DNA from: TPA_inf: Saccharomyces
Taxonomy: Eukaryota
Assembly (NCBI GenBank): GCA_000146045.2
Contig: BK006949.2
Coordinates: forward strand, 256,001-320,000
Length of the DNA: 64,000 nucleotides
Direction of reading: 5' to 3'
The notes below the pieces were generated by a model. The model saw only the letters and a list, made by a program, of their open reading frames with translations. It was not told the DNA's origin and made no database searches. Below are positions 11,536 through 25,055 of this stretch, one piece after another. Each line of letters opens with the position of its first letter. Within the stretch, counting starts at the first letter, position 1. Made by a program: the position numbers and the translations under genes.

Positions 11536-12187
11536 TCTCACTAATCTCCATGTAACACAGTGTCTGCATCCTCGGAAATGGTTTTAAGATGCAATGAAGT
11601 GGGTAATAATTACTGTTAGCTTCACATCTTGAATAATCTTTTATTGCCAAAATTGTAGCTTTTCCGTATTAGATGATGAAGAATTTTGAGCACCCTTACT
11701 TAATAAAAGAGTTGTTGAACTCGAAATAGGAATACGAGATGAGGAGTAATTCTCTGAAAGTAGATAGCTCCTCTTGTCACATTGAATGCTACTTTATTGT
11801 GACTATAGGTGATTTAAGCGAACGAATGTTCTTAGGTCATCGTGGATTTGTGTGGTGATTTTCGGCTTATCTTAACAATGTTGACCGCGTGGACCCTCCC
11901 AATCTTGACAACAGAACACTTATCAATAACGGTATACAATAAATATCTTGTATGAATTAAATAAAGTAACGTTTTTTCCCTCATATCATTCCGAATCATT
12001 ACGAAAATTCCAATACCTGTATTTTGAAGTCAACAAGAGTTTCGTTATCCGAATACTATTTTTTGTATCAATAAATTTTGTTTCGTTTTTCATTAATAAC
12101 TAGTCACTGTGTAGTGGAAGCAAGTTCTCCTTATCCGTTGCCAAGAGACAATAAAAGACCCACATATAGGTGAATATACTGCTCACC

Positions 12188-14893
12188 ATGGTTAATCCTG
12201 TTGGATCCTCGAAATTGGAACAAAACAATATAAAAAGCATTATAGGATCATCGTACAATCGACTATACAGCCAATTTACTTCTGATGAGTTGACAGAAGT
12301 GGGAAACTACAAGATTTTAAAACAAATAGGTGAAGGAAGTTTTGGAAAAGTATATTTAGCGCTCCATAGACCAACACATCGTAAAGTCTGCCTAAAGACG
12401 AGTGATAAGAATGATCCCAATATCGTTAGAGAGGTATTTTACCATAGACAGTTCGATTTTCCTTATATTACAAAGCTTTATGAAGTGATAGTGACAGAAT
12501 CAAAAGTGTGGATGGCATTAGAATATTGCCCAGGGAAGGAATTATATGACCACTTACTTTCTCTGCGTAGAATATCGTTATTGGAATGCGGAGAGTTGTT
12601 TGCACAAATTTCAGGTGCTGTTTACTATGCACACTCAATGCATTGTGTTCATAGAGATTTGAAGTTAGAGAATATTTTATTAGACAAAAATGGAAATGCA
12701 AAATTGACGGATTTTGGTTTTACGAGAGAATGTATGACAAAGACGACATTAGAAACGGTTTGCGGTACCACAGTTTATATGGCACCTGAATTGATAGAAA
12801 GAAGGACTTATGATGGATTCAAGATTGATATATGGTCATTGGGAGTGATACTATACACATTAATTACGGGATATTTGCCATTTGATGATGACGATGAGGC
12901 TAAAACGAAATGGAAAATCGTCAATGAAGAACCGAAATACGATGCTAAAGTTATTCCGGACGATGCTAGGGATTTGATCTCACGATTATTGGCTAAAAAT
13001 CCGGGAGAGCGCCCATCGTTGTCACAAGTTTTACGCCACCCTTTTTTACAGCCTTACGGTTCAGTGGTTTTAGATCAGACTCAGAAAATTTTGTGCAGAC
13101 AGCGCAGTGGAGGGACTCAGTTTAAAAGTAAATTAGAAAGGCGATTGCTGAAGCGTCTTAAACAATCAGGGGTTGATACGCAAGCAATAAAACAATCAAT
13201 TTTGAAAAAAAAGTGCGATTCACTCTCGGGTCTATGGTTATTGTTGTTAGCCCAAGGGAAAAAGCAAGAAAATTGCAAATATCCAAAAAGAAGCAGGTCC
13301 GTTTTATCAGTCAAAAAAGTTATTGAAAGTGCTACGCATAACGACACTAATGGCATTAGCGAAGATGTTTTGAAACCCTCACTTGAACTTTCTAGAGCTG
13401 CTTCATTGAGTAAAATGCTCAATAAAGGCTCAGATTTTGTAACATCGATGACTCCGGTTAGCAGAAAGAAGTCTAAAGATTCAGCAAAAGTTCTGAATCC
13501 TACTCTCTCTAAAATATCCTCACAAAGGGCTTATAGTCACTCTATTGCAGGTTCTCCTCGCAAGTCCAATAATTTCTTACAAAAAGTTTCTAGTTTTTTC
13601 AAGTCAAAAAAAAGCTCTAACAGCAATAGCAACAATAGTATTCACACAAATGTTAGTGAAAGCTTGATTGCAAGCAATAGAGGAGCCCCATCTTCAGGGT
13701 CGTTTCTCAAAAAAAACAGTGGTTCTATTCAGAAATCAAGAACTGACACTGTTGCAAATCCTTCAAGGACGGAGTCTATAGGATCGTTAAACGAAAATGT
13801 TGCCGGTGCCATTGTGCCACGGAGTGCTAATAATACTACATTAGAAAATAAGAAAACTTCTGGGAATGAAATAGGCTTAAAAGTAGCTCCAGAACTATTA
13901 TTAAATGAACATATCCGAATAGAGGAACCTCGCCTCAAGCGCTTCAAATCGTCCATATCAAGTGAAATATCTCAAACTTCTACTGGTAATTATGATAGCG
14001 AATCTGCGGAAAATTCTAGGTCTATATCTTTTGATGGAAAAGTTTCCCCGCCACCGATACGAAATCGGCCATTGTCAGAGATATCGCAAATTTCTAATGA
14101 CACTTATATATCAGAGTACTCCACTGATGGTAATAATTCGTCATTCAAAATTTCAGACACTATCAAGCCGAGCTATATACGAAAAGGCTCTGAAACTACC
14201 TCGCAGTATTCAGCTTCATCCGAAAAAATGACAAATGGCTACGGTAGAAAATTTGTCAGGAGGGATTTAAGCATTGTATCGACTGCGTCGAGCACCTCTG
14301 AAAGAAGTTCAAGAACAGATTCCTTTTACGATATCACTACAGCTACACCAGTTGTGACCACTGATAATAGGCGCAATAAAAACAATAATCTGAAAGAGTC
14401 TGTTTTGCCCAGATTTGGGACTCAAAGGCCATGGACTGGCAAAAGGACGTATACCACGTCCCGCCATGGCAAGAATGCTAGGCGTTCGTCTAAAAGAGGT
14501 CTGTTCAAAATAACTTCTTCAAATACAGACTCTATTATTCAAGAAGTAAGCTCATCAGAAGAAGAAGATCATAATGTTATCTATAGCAAGGGAAAGGGTC
14601 TTCCAACACCAGTTTTGCAAACTAAAGGATTAATAGAAAATGGGTTGAACGAACGCGATGAAGAAGGAGATGACGAGTATGCAATTCACACTGACGGAGA
14701 ATTTTCTATCAAACCGCAGTTTTCCGATGACGTTATCGACAAACAGAATCATTTGCCCAGCGTGAAGGCTGTGGCAACTAAACGTTCGTTGAGCGAAGGA
14801 AGTAATTGGTCTAGTAGCTATTTGGATTCGGACAATAATCGGCGAAGGGTATCTTCATTGCTAGTAGAGGATGGGGGGAATCCTACAGCGTAG
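12188..14893 (+). CDS. YPL150W uncharacterised Ser/Thr protein kinase, 901 aa
   Basis: N-terminal kinase domain (GEGSFGKVY, HRDLKLENILL, DFGF, APE) followed by a long Ser/Asn-rich low-complexity tail. Track ORF starts with GTG at 12170; first ATG is 12188. Confidence 0.85.
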   Translation: MVNPVGSSKLEQNNIKSIIGSSYNRLYSQFTSDELTEVGNYKILKQIGEGSFGKVYLALHRPTHRKVCLKTSDKNDPNIVREVFYHRQFDFPYITKLYEVIVTESKVWMALEYCPGKELYDHLLSLRRISLLECGELFAQISGAVYYAHSMHCVHRDLKLENILLDKNGNAKLTDFGFTRECMTKTTLETVCGTTVYMAPELIERRTYDGFKIDIWSLGVILYTLITGYLPFDDDDEAKTKWKIVNEEPKYDAKVIPDDARDLISRLLAKNPGERPSLSQVLRHPFLQPYGSVVLDQTQKILCRQRSGGTQFKSKLERRLLKRLKQSGVDTQAIKQSILKKKCDSLSGLWLLLLAQGKKQENCKYPKRSRSVLSVKKVIESATHNDTNGISEDVLKPSLELSRAASLSKMLNKGSDFVTSMTPVSRKKSKDSAKVLNPTLSKISSQRAYSHSIAGSPRKSNNFLQKVSSFFKSKKSSNSNSNNSIHTNVSESLIASNRGAPSSGSFLKKNSGSIQKSRTDTVANPSRTESIGSLNENVAGAIVPRSANNTTLENKKTSGNEIGLKVAPELLLNEHIRIEEPRLKRFKSSISSEISQTSTGNYDSESAENSRSISFDGKVSPPPIRNRPLSEISQISNDTYISEYSTDGNNSSFKISDTIKPSYIRKGSETTSQYSASSEKMTNGYGRKFVRRDLSIVSTASSTSERSSRTDSFYDITTATPVVTTDNRRNKNNNLKESVLPRFGTQRPWTGKRTYTTSRHGKNARRSSKRGLFKITSSNTDSIIQEVSSSEEEDHNVIYSKGKGLPTPVLQTKGLIENGLNERDEEGDDEYAIHTDGEFSIKPQFSDDVIDKQNHLPSVKAVATKRSLSEGSNWSSSYLDSDNNRRRVSSLLVEDGGNPTA

Positions 14894-15309
14894 GTACCGG
14901 ATAACAGAGTAACTGGTAAAAACGGCAAAAAATACTGTAAGGAAGTTGTCTATATATGTACATATGGATATTGCGGTATAATAAAAAAGCTTTAAAATTA
15001 TAAAGAAACCCGACTTTTATCACATATAATTATATTATAAAAAAATAATGGCATCTGTATGAACTCGCGATTAAGCTCACTTTTTTCTAATGATCGAAGT
15101 TTTGTCCGGTTATCCAACTGTGGCAAGAACATCGCGAGGCGGAGCTAAACACAGAATTTTTGTAGCGCGATGAGAAACATAACGCCTCTTTAGATAAATT
15201 ATCATCACCTTTTTTACACTAAATAATGAAGTAGCATGCTCAGAAGTGCGAATGAATTTTTGTTCTTTTGGTTCTAGAAGAACGGAGATAGGAAACCTAT
15301 GATGTAAGT

Positions 15310-16194
15310 ATGAATGACATTAAACAATTACTTTGGAATGGTGAGCTTAATGTGCTGGTATCGATCGATCCTTCATTTTTGATGAAAGGAAGTCCAAGAG
15401 AAATTGCGGTGCTACGAATAAGGGTACCAAGGGAAACATATTTAGTCAATTATATGCCCCTCATTTGGAACAAGATTAAAAGCTTTCTTTCTTTTGACCC
15501 ATTGACCGACAGTGAGAAGTATTTCTGGTTTGAGCATAATAAGACGCCTATTCCGTGGAATTACCCAGTAGGTGTTTTGTTTGACTGCCTAGCCGGAAAA
15601 AGCGCTACTTTTACCACCTCTTTTGAGAACCAGGTAAAGGATGTTCTCACTTTTTTGAGAATTCACTTGGTTATGGGCGATTCGTTGCCACCAACTATCA
15701 TTCCCATCGCATCTAGCAAAACGCAAGCGGAAAAGTTTTGGTTTCACCAATGGAAACAAGTTTGCTTCATACTGAATGGTTCCTCAAAAGCTATTATGTC
15801 TTTATCGGTCAACGAAGCTCGAAAATTTTGGGGCAGTGTTATTACGAGAAATTTCCAAGATTTCATTGAAATATCTAACAAGATAAGTTCATCAAGACCG
15901 CGACATATACCGCTCATCATTCAAACCTCAAGGACATCAGGAACTTTTCGAATATCACAACCAACTATCAGTATGACTGGAGTCAATCCTACGTTGAAGG
16001 ATATTGAAGGCGATATTCTGGACGTAAAGGAAGGAATCAATGGTAATGATGTCATGGTTATTTGTCAAGGAATTGAAATTCCTTGGCATATGCTCCTGTA
16101 TGATTTGTATTCTAAATTGCGAAGTTTTGATGGCTTTTTGTACATAACTCTTGTTCCTATAAAAGGCGGCGATAAAGCTTCCTCTGAGCTCTAA
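15310..16194 (+). CDS. ATG5: ATG5 (YPL149W) autophagy protein, 294 aa
   Basis: Complete 294-aa ORF beginning MNDIKQLLWNGELNVLV, matching the length and sequence I recall for yeast Atg5 (Atg12 conjugation target). Synteny. Confidence 0.9.
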   Translation: MNDIKQLLWNGELNVLVSIDPSFLMKGSPREIAVLRIRVPRETYLVNYMPLIWNKIKSFLSFDPLTDSEKYFWFEHNKTPIPWNYPVGVLFDCLAGKSATFTTSFENQVKDVLTFLRIHLVMGDSLPPTIIPIASSKTQAEKFWFHQWKQVCFILNGSSKAIMSLSVNEARKFWGSVITRNFQDFIEISNKISSSRPRHIPLIIQTSRTSGTFRISQPTISMTGVNPTLKDIEGDILDVKEGINGNDVMVICQGIEIPWHMLLYDLYSKLRSFDGFLYITLVPIKGGDKASSEL

Positions 16195-16293
16195 GAGCTG
16201 TTATATACGCATTTAAAAGTGTCATTCAAATATCGCAGAAAATAACTTGGACGTTGAAAATAGGGCCACATTTATACGGCTGCAAGAAAACTT

Positions 16294-16827
16294 TTACTCT
16301 CTTTCTACCAAGTTTGTTACTGCAATTAAATAATCTTTATCATGGGATAGCGAAACTAAAAACTCATGAGTGGAAAAGAGAGAATCGTAGTTTTTCGAGA
16401 GCTGTTGATACTTTGGATACTTTTTTCCAAACATCTTATCAAACTCTAACTGAGGTACACCTGTATCGGTTTGTGTTTTATATAGCATTCCAGCGTACAG
16501 TACTTGGGCAGGAGGTAGATCATGCTTTGAAACACAGCAACACAACGCTTTCAATGAGCATTCCTTCAAAGCCCAAACTCCCGCTATATATTCATGCAAT
16601 CGTGGAGTTAAGCAGTTTTCTTCGATGAGAAGATTACTGAAATGAAATCTTTCCTTTTCATGCATGAACTTCCGTGTTATTTTATTCAAGGTAGAACGGC
16701 CACATGGGTCGAATGGGGAATATTTCTCTAGTATATGTGCAAATCTTGGCAAGTATACAATGTCAACTCCCACTCCTGCTATCTTACGTCCAATATTCCT
16801 CGATGCAAAACTCATCACTGGAGGCAT
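16294..16827 (-). CDS. PPT2: PPT2 (YPL148C) mitochondrial phosphopantetheinyl transferase
   Basis: Small 4'-phosphopantetheinyl transferase-like protein (GVGVDIV motif near the N-terminus). Two in-frame ATGs, at 16827 and 16815 (MPPVMSFAS...). I recall 173 aa, which would correspond to the second ATG, so the start is ambiguous. Confidence 0.8.
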   Translation of the reverse strand: MPPVMSFASRNIGRKIAGVGVDIVYLPRFAHILEKYSPFDPCGRSTLNKITRKFMHEKERFHFSNLLIEENCLTPRLHEYIAGVWALKECSLKALCCCVSKHDLPPAQVLYAGMLYKTQTDTGVPQLEFDKMFGKKYPKYQQLSKNYDSLFSTHEFLVSLSHDKDYLIAVTNLVERE

Positions 16828-17254
16828 TCAAAGCTAGCACTTATGAAATAAACGTTCATTAGAAAGCAATACTCCTGATAAGAAAATAGTGCTTAGCTTC
16901 TATTCAGCCTTCTTAAAGAACTAGCTTTTCTATCAAAAGTCAGATCTCTTATGACCGCTTGAACCTGTGGAATGTATATAAGCAGTTTTGATGTTAAGAT
17001 TTTTTTTTCAATAGAATTTCTTCCTTCGGAAATAATCCCGATTAAGAAATTATTCTTGACGCAATATTCAGCTATATGTTGATCGGGCTTAACCGCATAA
17101 GTTTCGTTACCCTTTTTTACCCCAATTTTTAATTTCGGCGGTTATTTTCAGCCCTTTTAGAGTCAAGATATATAAGAATGCTTCTCTAAGAAGTGAGACT
17201 AACAATGAAACCCGTTTCAGACAATCTGGAAGTCTTAGAACGCATAACACAGAA

Positions 17255-19867
17255 ATGTCAACAACATTAGCAGCACCAGCGAAACTAAAGAGTTTGCTCC
17301 TGAATCTACATACTCACTGTATTGGGCTACACGTTAACGATGTCACACCTAAAGTATATTTCAAGTTATTGATACGGCATCTTCTACAGATATCTAGATC
17401 AAACGCTGCTCATCCTAAGCTAAGAAGAAGGGCCCAGATTTTATTGGTATCGCTTTTCCTATCTGGTGTCACACTTTTTTCTGGTGTAACATATAGTACT
17501 TTCAAAATTATTCTAAAATGTTATAAATTTTACAAGTTTCCATGGAAGAGAAGGAATAGGAGACCTTTAATAAGAAGAACAAGATCTCAAATGCAATTAG
17601 ACAGTGGTGCAAGAATAATGTATATTCCTGAAGTGGAATTAGTCGACCGCCAGAGTCCCGATGACAACAAATTTATGAATGCTACAGATAAAAAAAAAAG
17701 GAAAAGGATATTTATTCCACCAAAGGATAACGATGTATATGAACACGATAAGTTTCTTTTTAAAAATGTAGAACTGGAAAGAGCCAAGAATTCGCAGTTA
17801 TTCTACTCAAAATTTTTAAACCAAATGAACGTCTTGTCTAAAATTTTAATTCCAACAGTTTTTGACAAAAACTTTCTTCTTTTAACTGCTCAAATTTTTT
17901 TCCTGGTGATGAGAACTTGGCTCTCTTTGTTTGTAGCCAAGCTGGATGGACAAATAGTCAAAAATATAATTGCTGGTAGAGGAAGAAGCTTTCTGTGGGA
18001 CTTAGGGTGTTGGTTTTTAATTGCTGTCCCTGCTTCTTATACTAATAGTGCTATTAAGCTACTTCAAAGGAAGTTGAGTTTAAACTTTAGGGTAAATTTG
18101 ACACGTTACATCCATGACATGTATTTGGATAAAAGACTAACATTTTACAAATTAATTTTTGATGCAAAGGCGTCCAATTCGGTAATCAAGAATATCGACA
18201 ACTCCATTACTAATGATGTTGCAAAATTTTGCGATGCGACATGCTCCGTTTTTGCAAACATTGCAAAGCCAGTTATTGATTTAATATTCTTTTCGGTTTA
18301 TTTACGTGATAATTTGGGAACTGTGGGAGTAGCAGGTATATTTGTTAATTATTTCATTACTGGGTTTATTTTGAGGAAATACACGCCACCATTAGGTAAA
18401 TTGGCAGGCGAGAGATCTGCTTCAGACGGCGATTACTACAATTATCATCTAAACATGATAAATAATAGCGAAGAGATCGCATTTTACCAAGGAACAGCAG
18501 TGGAAAGGACGAAAGTTAAAGAGTTGTATGATGTGCTGATGGAAAAAATGCTGCTGGTTGATAAAGTCAAGTTTGGTTACAATATGTTGGAAGACTATGT
18601 TTTAAAATATACATGGTCCGGTTTGGGTTATGTTTTTGCCTCAATCCCTATCGTTATGTCTACCTTAGCGACAGGCATCAATTCAGAGGAAAAAAATATG
18701 AAGGAATTTATAGTCAACAAAAGGTTGATGTTGTCGCTTGCAGATGCAGGCTCGAGATTGATGCATTCGATAAAGGACATCTCACAATTGACCGGCTACA
18801 CTAATAGGATATTTACTCTGCTTTCCGTCTTACACAGGGTTCACTCTCTGAACTTTAATTACGGCGCTGTTCCTTCAATCCTGTCAATACGTACAGAAGA
18901 CGCTTCCAGAAATTCCAACTTATTACCCACCACGGATAATTCGCAAGATGCTATTCGTGGTACTATTCAACGCAATTTTAACGGTATTCGGTTAGAAAAT
19001 ATAGACGTAATCATTCCATCAGTAAGGGCGAGCGAAGGCATAAAGCTGATTAACAAGCTTACATTTCAAATTCCTTTGCATATTGACCCAATAACTTCAA
19101 AGTCCAATTCTATACAAGACTTATCGAAGGCAAATGATATAAAGTTACCATTTTTGCAGGGTTCTGGCTCCAGCCTGTTAATATTAGGGCCAAATGGTTG
19201 CGGTAAAAGTTCAATTCAACGCATTATAGCTGAAATATGGCCAGTGTATAACAAAAATGGATTATTGTCGATTCCTTCAGAAAATAATATTTTTTTTATT
19301 CCTCAGAAACCATATTTTAGTAGAGGTGGAACTTTAAGAGACCAAATTATATACCCCATGTCCTCGGATGAATTCTTTGATAGGGGGTTTAGAGATAAGG
19401 AGCTAGTACAGATATTAGTCGAAGTGAAACTAGATTATCTTTTAAAAAGAGGCGTTGGCTTAACTTACCTAGATGCCATTGCCGATTGGAAGGACTTATT
19501 AAGTGGTGGTGAAAAGCAAAGAGTAAATTTTGCTAGAATCATGTTTCATAAACCACTATACGTAGTATTAGATGAGGCTACAAACGCAATTAGTGTTGAC
19601 ATGGAAGACTATCTGTTCAATCTTTTAAAACGATACAGATTCAATTTCATTTCCATATCACAAAGACCCACATTAATCAAATATCATGAAATGTTACTAG
19701 AGATCGGTGAAAATCGAGATGGCAAATGGCAATTACAGGCAGTTGGTACCGATGAAGCAATCACGTCGATTGACAACGAGATTGAGGAATTGGAGAGAAA
19801 ACTAGAAAGAGTAAAAGGTTGGGAAGATGAGAGGACGAAGCTACGGGAAAAGCTTGAAATTATTTGA
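17255..19867 (+). CDS. PXA1: PXA1 (YPL147W) peroxisomal ABC half-transporter (ABCD family), 870 aa
   Basis: TM domain followed by an ABC cassette (Walker [13 protein letters not shown] signature LSGGEKQR, Walker B VVLDEAT). 870 aa. Confidence 0.92.
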
Positions 19868-20161
19868 AAACACCCTAGAAAGGGAGAGATTTTATTTAGC
19901 GAATATAATTTATATATTATTTCCGTAACTGAATTTGTACTTTTGAATGTTTAACTGATATCTAGAGATATCGACATGGGAATGCCCTCTCAAACTAGAA
20001 AAGGGCAGAGAACGAAAAGAAAATGAAACAATTTGTTACCTACTATACAGTTGTTGGTCTTGCCAACACAAATATGAACATATATATATATATCTCACTT
20101 GATGAATCCACGTATCAAGGACAACCTTTTCATGGAAACATATACTGTAAAACAAAAAACT

Positions 20162-21529
20162 CTATTTGAAGTCCTTATGTGTCCACTTTTCAGTGATTTT
20201 CTGCTTATACTTTCTACCTTTCCTAACGGGCACTCTTGTTTCGACCTTACCAGAACTTTGTAGTTTTCTCACAGTATCATATAGCAGATTTCCTTCAGGT
20301 TTCAGTTTTCTCAATGAGTCAGATAATTCGTCAGAAAATTTAATCTCCAATCTTTCATCAATCACAGAGTATTTCGTCCCTAACTTGTGTTTCTTATTTT
20401 TCTTGCTTTTTTTAACCTTGTTGCTATCTGACTCTATGGCTGAAAGTATCTCAGTCTCTTCAGAATTGATAACTTCTTCTAAATCTTTAACACGTTGTCT
20501 CAATTCTTTCAACTCTTGTTGCAATTTTACTTTCTCTTCATGTCTCTTTGCCTTGTTTCTTTGATATTTTGTTTTCTTTTTATTCTTCACAGGCTTATTT
20601 ATTGATAGTTTTATTTCCTTATCAGATCCACTACATTGCGTACTTTCATTTTCATTTTCATTTTCTTCTTCTTCTTCTTCTTCTTCTTCGTTTGATGAAG
20701 ACTCTTCCTCTTCATTGTCATCTAAAGTTTCCATTAAATGTCTAATTCTTTCTTTGTACTTTTCCAAGGCGATTCTTTCATCTTCTCTTGCCTTTTCCTC
20801 TTTATACTCTTTGTTTATCAATTCTGACCAAGCTTTATTGTTGGGATTGTAGGATTTACCAGCATGTGGAATTTCTGTGAATTCTTTTACTGCAATTGGC
20901 TCTATATCTAAAGTACTTGGTCTGACTGAAGCAGTAGACCAACTTGTCGTGGATTTTTTCAATAGTTCTTCAGGTATCTGGTCCTTTTTTTCCACATCAA
21001 GTTTGATACCGGAAGGTAATTTGACCTTCTGTTTCTTTGAATTGGATTCTTCACCCCATAAGTCGCCAGCCGTTGTTTTAACTAGACCGTCTTTGGCAAC
21101 TCTATTCTTGATCTTCGATTCGCCGTGTACTCTGCCAGCCAAAGCCATTAATTTCTTTAATTCGTGTTTAGAAACACCTTGAATCTTATTAGGATTTCCA
21201 CTACTATTCTTATGGTGATTTAGTGCTGCAATTTTTGAATTCGTTTTAACGGCGTCTAAAATCTCTTTACTTTTTAGAACCTTCTTAATTTGTTTCCTTT
21301 TAATTAATTTATTTTTCAATATCTCATCACCCTCAACATCAACATGAAAAAGAGCATCATTTTGCAAAGAGGTTATATCACTGGTACCATGCGTAATTTC
21401 ATGATCAATTTTCTTTTCCATATATTGTTCTACGTCAGATAAATCGATATTTTTTCTCCATGCTTTCTTACCCTTTCTTGAAGACTGTTTGTATTGAGAT
21501 GGTTTCTTGGTTAGATTAGTTGGAGCCAT
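20162..21529 (-). CDS. NOP53: NOP53 (YPL146C) nucleolar 60S ribosome biogenesis factor, 455 aa
   Basis: Highly basic/acidic protein with SSSNEEEEEEEEENENENE acidic tract and a Lys-rich C-terminus. 455 aa. Synteny. Confidence 0.9.
   Translation of the reverse strand: MAPTNLTKKPSQYKQSSRKGKKAWRKNIDLSDVEQYMEKKIDHEITHGTSDITSLQNDALFHVDVEGDEILKNKLIKRKQIKKVLKSKEILDAVKTNSKIAALNHHKNSSGNPNKIQGVSKHELKKLMALAGRVHGESKIKNRVAKDGLVKTTAGDLWGEESNSKKQKVKLPSGIKLDVEKKDQIPEELLKKSTTSWSTASVRPSTLDIEPIAVKEFTEIPHAGKSYNPNNKAWSELINKEYKEEKAREDERIALEKYKERIRHLMETLDDNEEEESSSNEEEEEEEEENENENESTQCSGSDKEIKLSINKPVKNKKKTKYQRNKAKRHEEKVKLQQELKELRQRVKDLEEVINSEETEILSAIESDSNKVKKSKKNKKHKLGTKYSVIDERLEIKFSDELSDSLRKLKPEGNLLYDTVRKLQSSGKVETRVPVRKGRKYKQKITEKWTHKDFK
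20646..20689. repeat. Coding micro-repeat (ATTTTC)3 followed by (TTC)9 on plus strand, equal to (GAAAAT)3 and (GAA)9 in NOP53 sense
   Basis: Directly visible tandem repeats. Encodes the E9 run followed by ENENEN in Nop53. Confidence 0.95.
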
Positions 21530-21613
21530 TTTTAAATAAATGATTCATTAACGTGAGGATGGTATGGATCACAAGAAAGCCGAACTAATAGCATAAGTTG
21601 TAATGTAAGGACC

Positions 21614-21678
21614 CCATCGCATTTTTATTGCTCTTTTCTTTTTTAGAAGTGAAAAAGCTCGGGCACGGAAAATTTTTT
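21614..21678. promoter_or_regulatory. RRPE (GAAAATTTTTT, 21668-21678) and PAC-like CATCGC core (21614-21621), 90-140 bp upstream of NOP53 ATG
   Basis: Motifs seen in sequence. PAC/RRPE are the signature promoter elements of the ribosome-biogenesis regulon, to which NOP53 belongs. The PAC match is partial. Confidence 0.35.
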
Positions 21679-22394
21679 GATGGAATTATAGAATTTCGTC
21701 AAATATGACTGTATTCTCTCAGAGCACACCTGTTAGGTAATACGCAATATTATGATAATATTACTTTAGTACTTGGCGTTAGCCTCTTGTGTTTCATTGT
21801 TATGGAGTGATAAAACAGGCCTATGGTTCGATAAGCGTACAGATTTTGGGATATACCATAAACTTTGTATAGAAAGTGTTGTATAAGTGCATATACTCCA
21901 TCGATTATGTGGTTCTACAAAATTGACATAAGAAAATTAGAGAGTTATAAAAAAGACAAAAGTGAGGATATCAACAGAGAAGATAAAATATAGTAATAGG
22001 TTGTAAATAATAACAAAACTTGCATGAAAACTTGGTAAACTTCAAATTTTAACCTTCGTATGATGATTAAAAAGGATATGACATCATGAGAAAAAAATGA
22101 GCGATCTGTCTATCAATAATTAAAGGAAGAAGTAGAAATAGATAAAGGTTTTTTCTGCTTCATCTTTAACAGCAATATAGCATATTCTTGTGGTTCGAAA
22201 GAATAAATTCTAGTCATTATAGTGAAAAGAGAACAAAACAATATAAGATTTAGGGGATGGTAAAAATGATTTCTTAGTTCCTCTAATGATTTCATATCCT
22301 TTCCTGTCACATGAAGAGAAAAAGGAAGGAAAAAGAAGAAAAGATAGATAATATATTAGTGCAACGGTAACAAGTTGTTACTTTATCGTTCTCC

Positions 22395-23717
<1,323 letters not shown>

Positions 23718-24479
23718 CTAAATCTTATAAATTTTTCGATTTGTTTCTAGGAGAAAAGTTTGATATATTTCTGTTATGTTCAGACTGGTGATTTCGTTGA
23801 AAGCGTGAACAAATAGCCAGTTTCTATCCAATGTATAGTTTTCTTTCTTTGTTTTTTTCTTTAGTACAACAGCTAGAAATTGGGTAAAAAAAAAGCCAAT
23901 GTGATAGAGTCAAACTCAAAGAAAAGTTTACTTAAGAACTTATCGACGAAATATCGTTTTACTTGGAATAGTAATACTTGCACAGCTCAAGACAGAACTA
24001 TTGAAAAATAAACCAGAGCCCAATAAACGTGGTACTTGTCGAGTAGTCCAGGAAATGGGCAAAGGTTGGAAAACAAGAATAATCAACGAACGCAATGGCA
24101 AAAGGAGAAGTCCGCATCCGTGCACCTCACAATTCCGAAAGATAATGACTTACGTGAGAGGGCCCAAAAATGCTGCAGCTAGTAAAACGCGAACGGAATG
24201 AGTTACTGGTCCCGTGAAGTGATTGACACAATGGTCGGTGCGATTATTCTTCGTGCTGTAACAAGATGAGGTACATACGGGAAAGAGCTTATTTTAGTTC
24301 GTTTAGGAGCTCCGGAAATTATTTGCACGAAAGTTTTCGTTGCCCGGATTGAAAATTTACTGTTGACATGAAAGTACATTAAAAGATTAGGTTCTGGTAT
24401 ATTGTTTATGTTTTACAAATGATTTGGACCGGGAAATTGCAAAAGATGCTTCCGTTGAGATTAGACGCGAGTGATTGTG

Positions 24480-24926
24480 ATGTTAGTAAAGACGATTAGC
24501 CGAACTATTGAATCAGAATCTGGATTTCTACAGCCGACGCTGGATGTTATTGCTACTCTACCTGCAGACGATCGTTCTAAAAAAATACCTATTAGTCTGG
24601 TAGTGGGATTTAAACAAGAGGCCTCGCTGAATTCATCTTCATCCTTATCATGTTATTACTACGCCATTCCCTTAATGAGGGATAGACATATTAACCTCAA
24701 ATCAGGCGGAAGCAACGTTGTGGGGATACCGTTATTAGATACTAAAGATGACCGGATTCGTGATATGGCTAGACACATGGCCACAATAATATCTGAAAGG
24801 TTCAATAGGCCGTGTTATGTAACGTGGTCATCGCTGCCTAGTGAAGATCCCTCTATGCTAGTAGCAAACCATTTATATATCTTAAAGAAGTGTCTCGATC
24901 TCTTGAAAACTGAACTCGGTGAGTAA
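24480..24926 (+). CDS. POC4: POC4 (YPL144W) proteasome assembly chaperone, 148 aa
   Basis: ORF MLVKTISRTIESESGFLQPTLD..., 148 aa from the first ATG at 24480. Track start at 24471 is a GTG. Assignment by synteny and length. Confidence 0.75.
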   Translation: MLVKTISRTIESESGFLQPTLDVIATLPADDRSKKIPISLVVGFKQEASLNSSSSLSCYYYAIPLMRDRHINLKSGGSNVVGIPLLDTKDDRIRDMARHMATIISERFNRPCYVTWSSLPSEDPSMLVANHLYILKKCLDLLKTELGE

Positions 24927-25055
24927 AGTAAGAGTTCTTTAGACATTCATGATTGTAATGTAATTTAATTAAAATACTAAGTATAATGCGGCTCCAAAAT
25001 ACTGAATCAAACCTTTGATTCGAAAATATTTTGGAAAAAATAAATGATTTGATTG

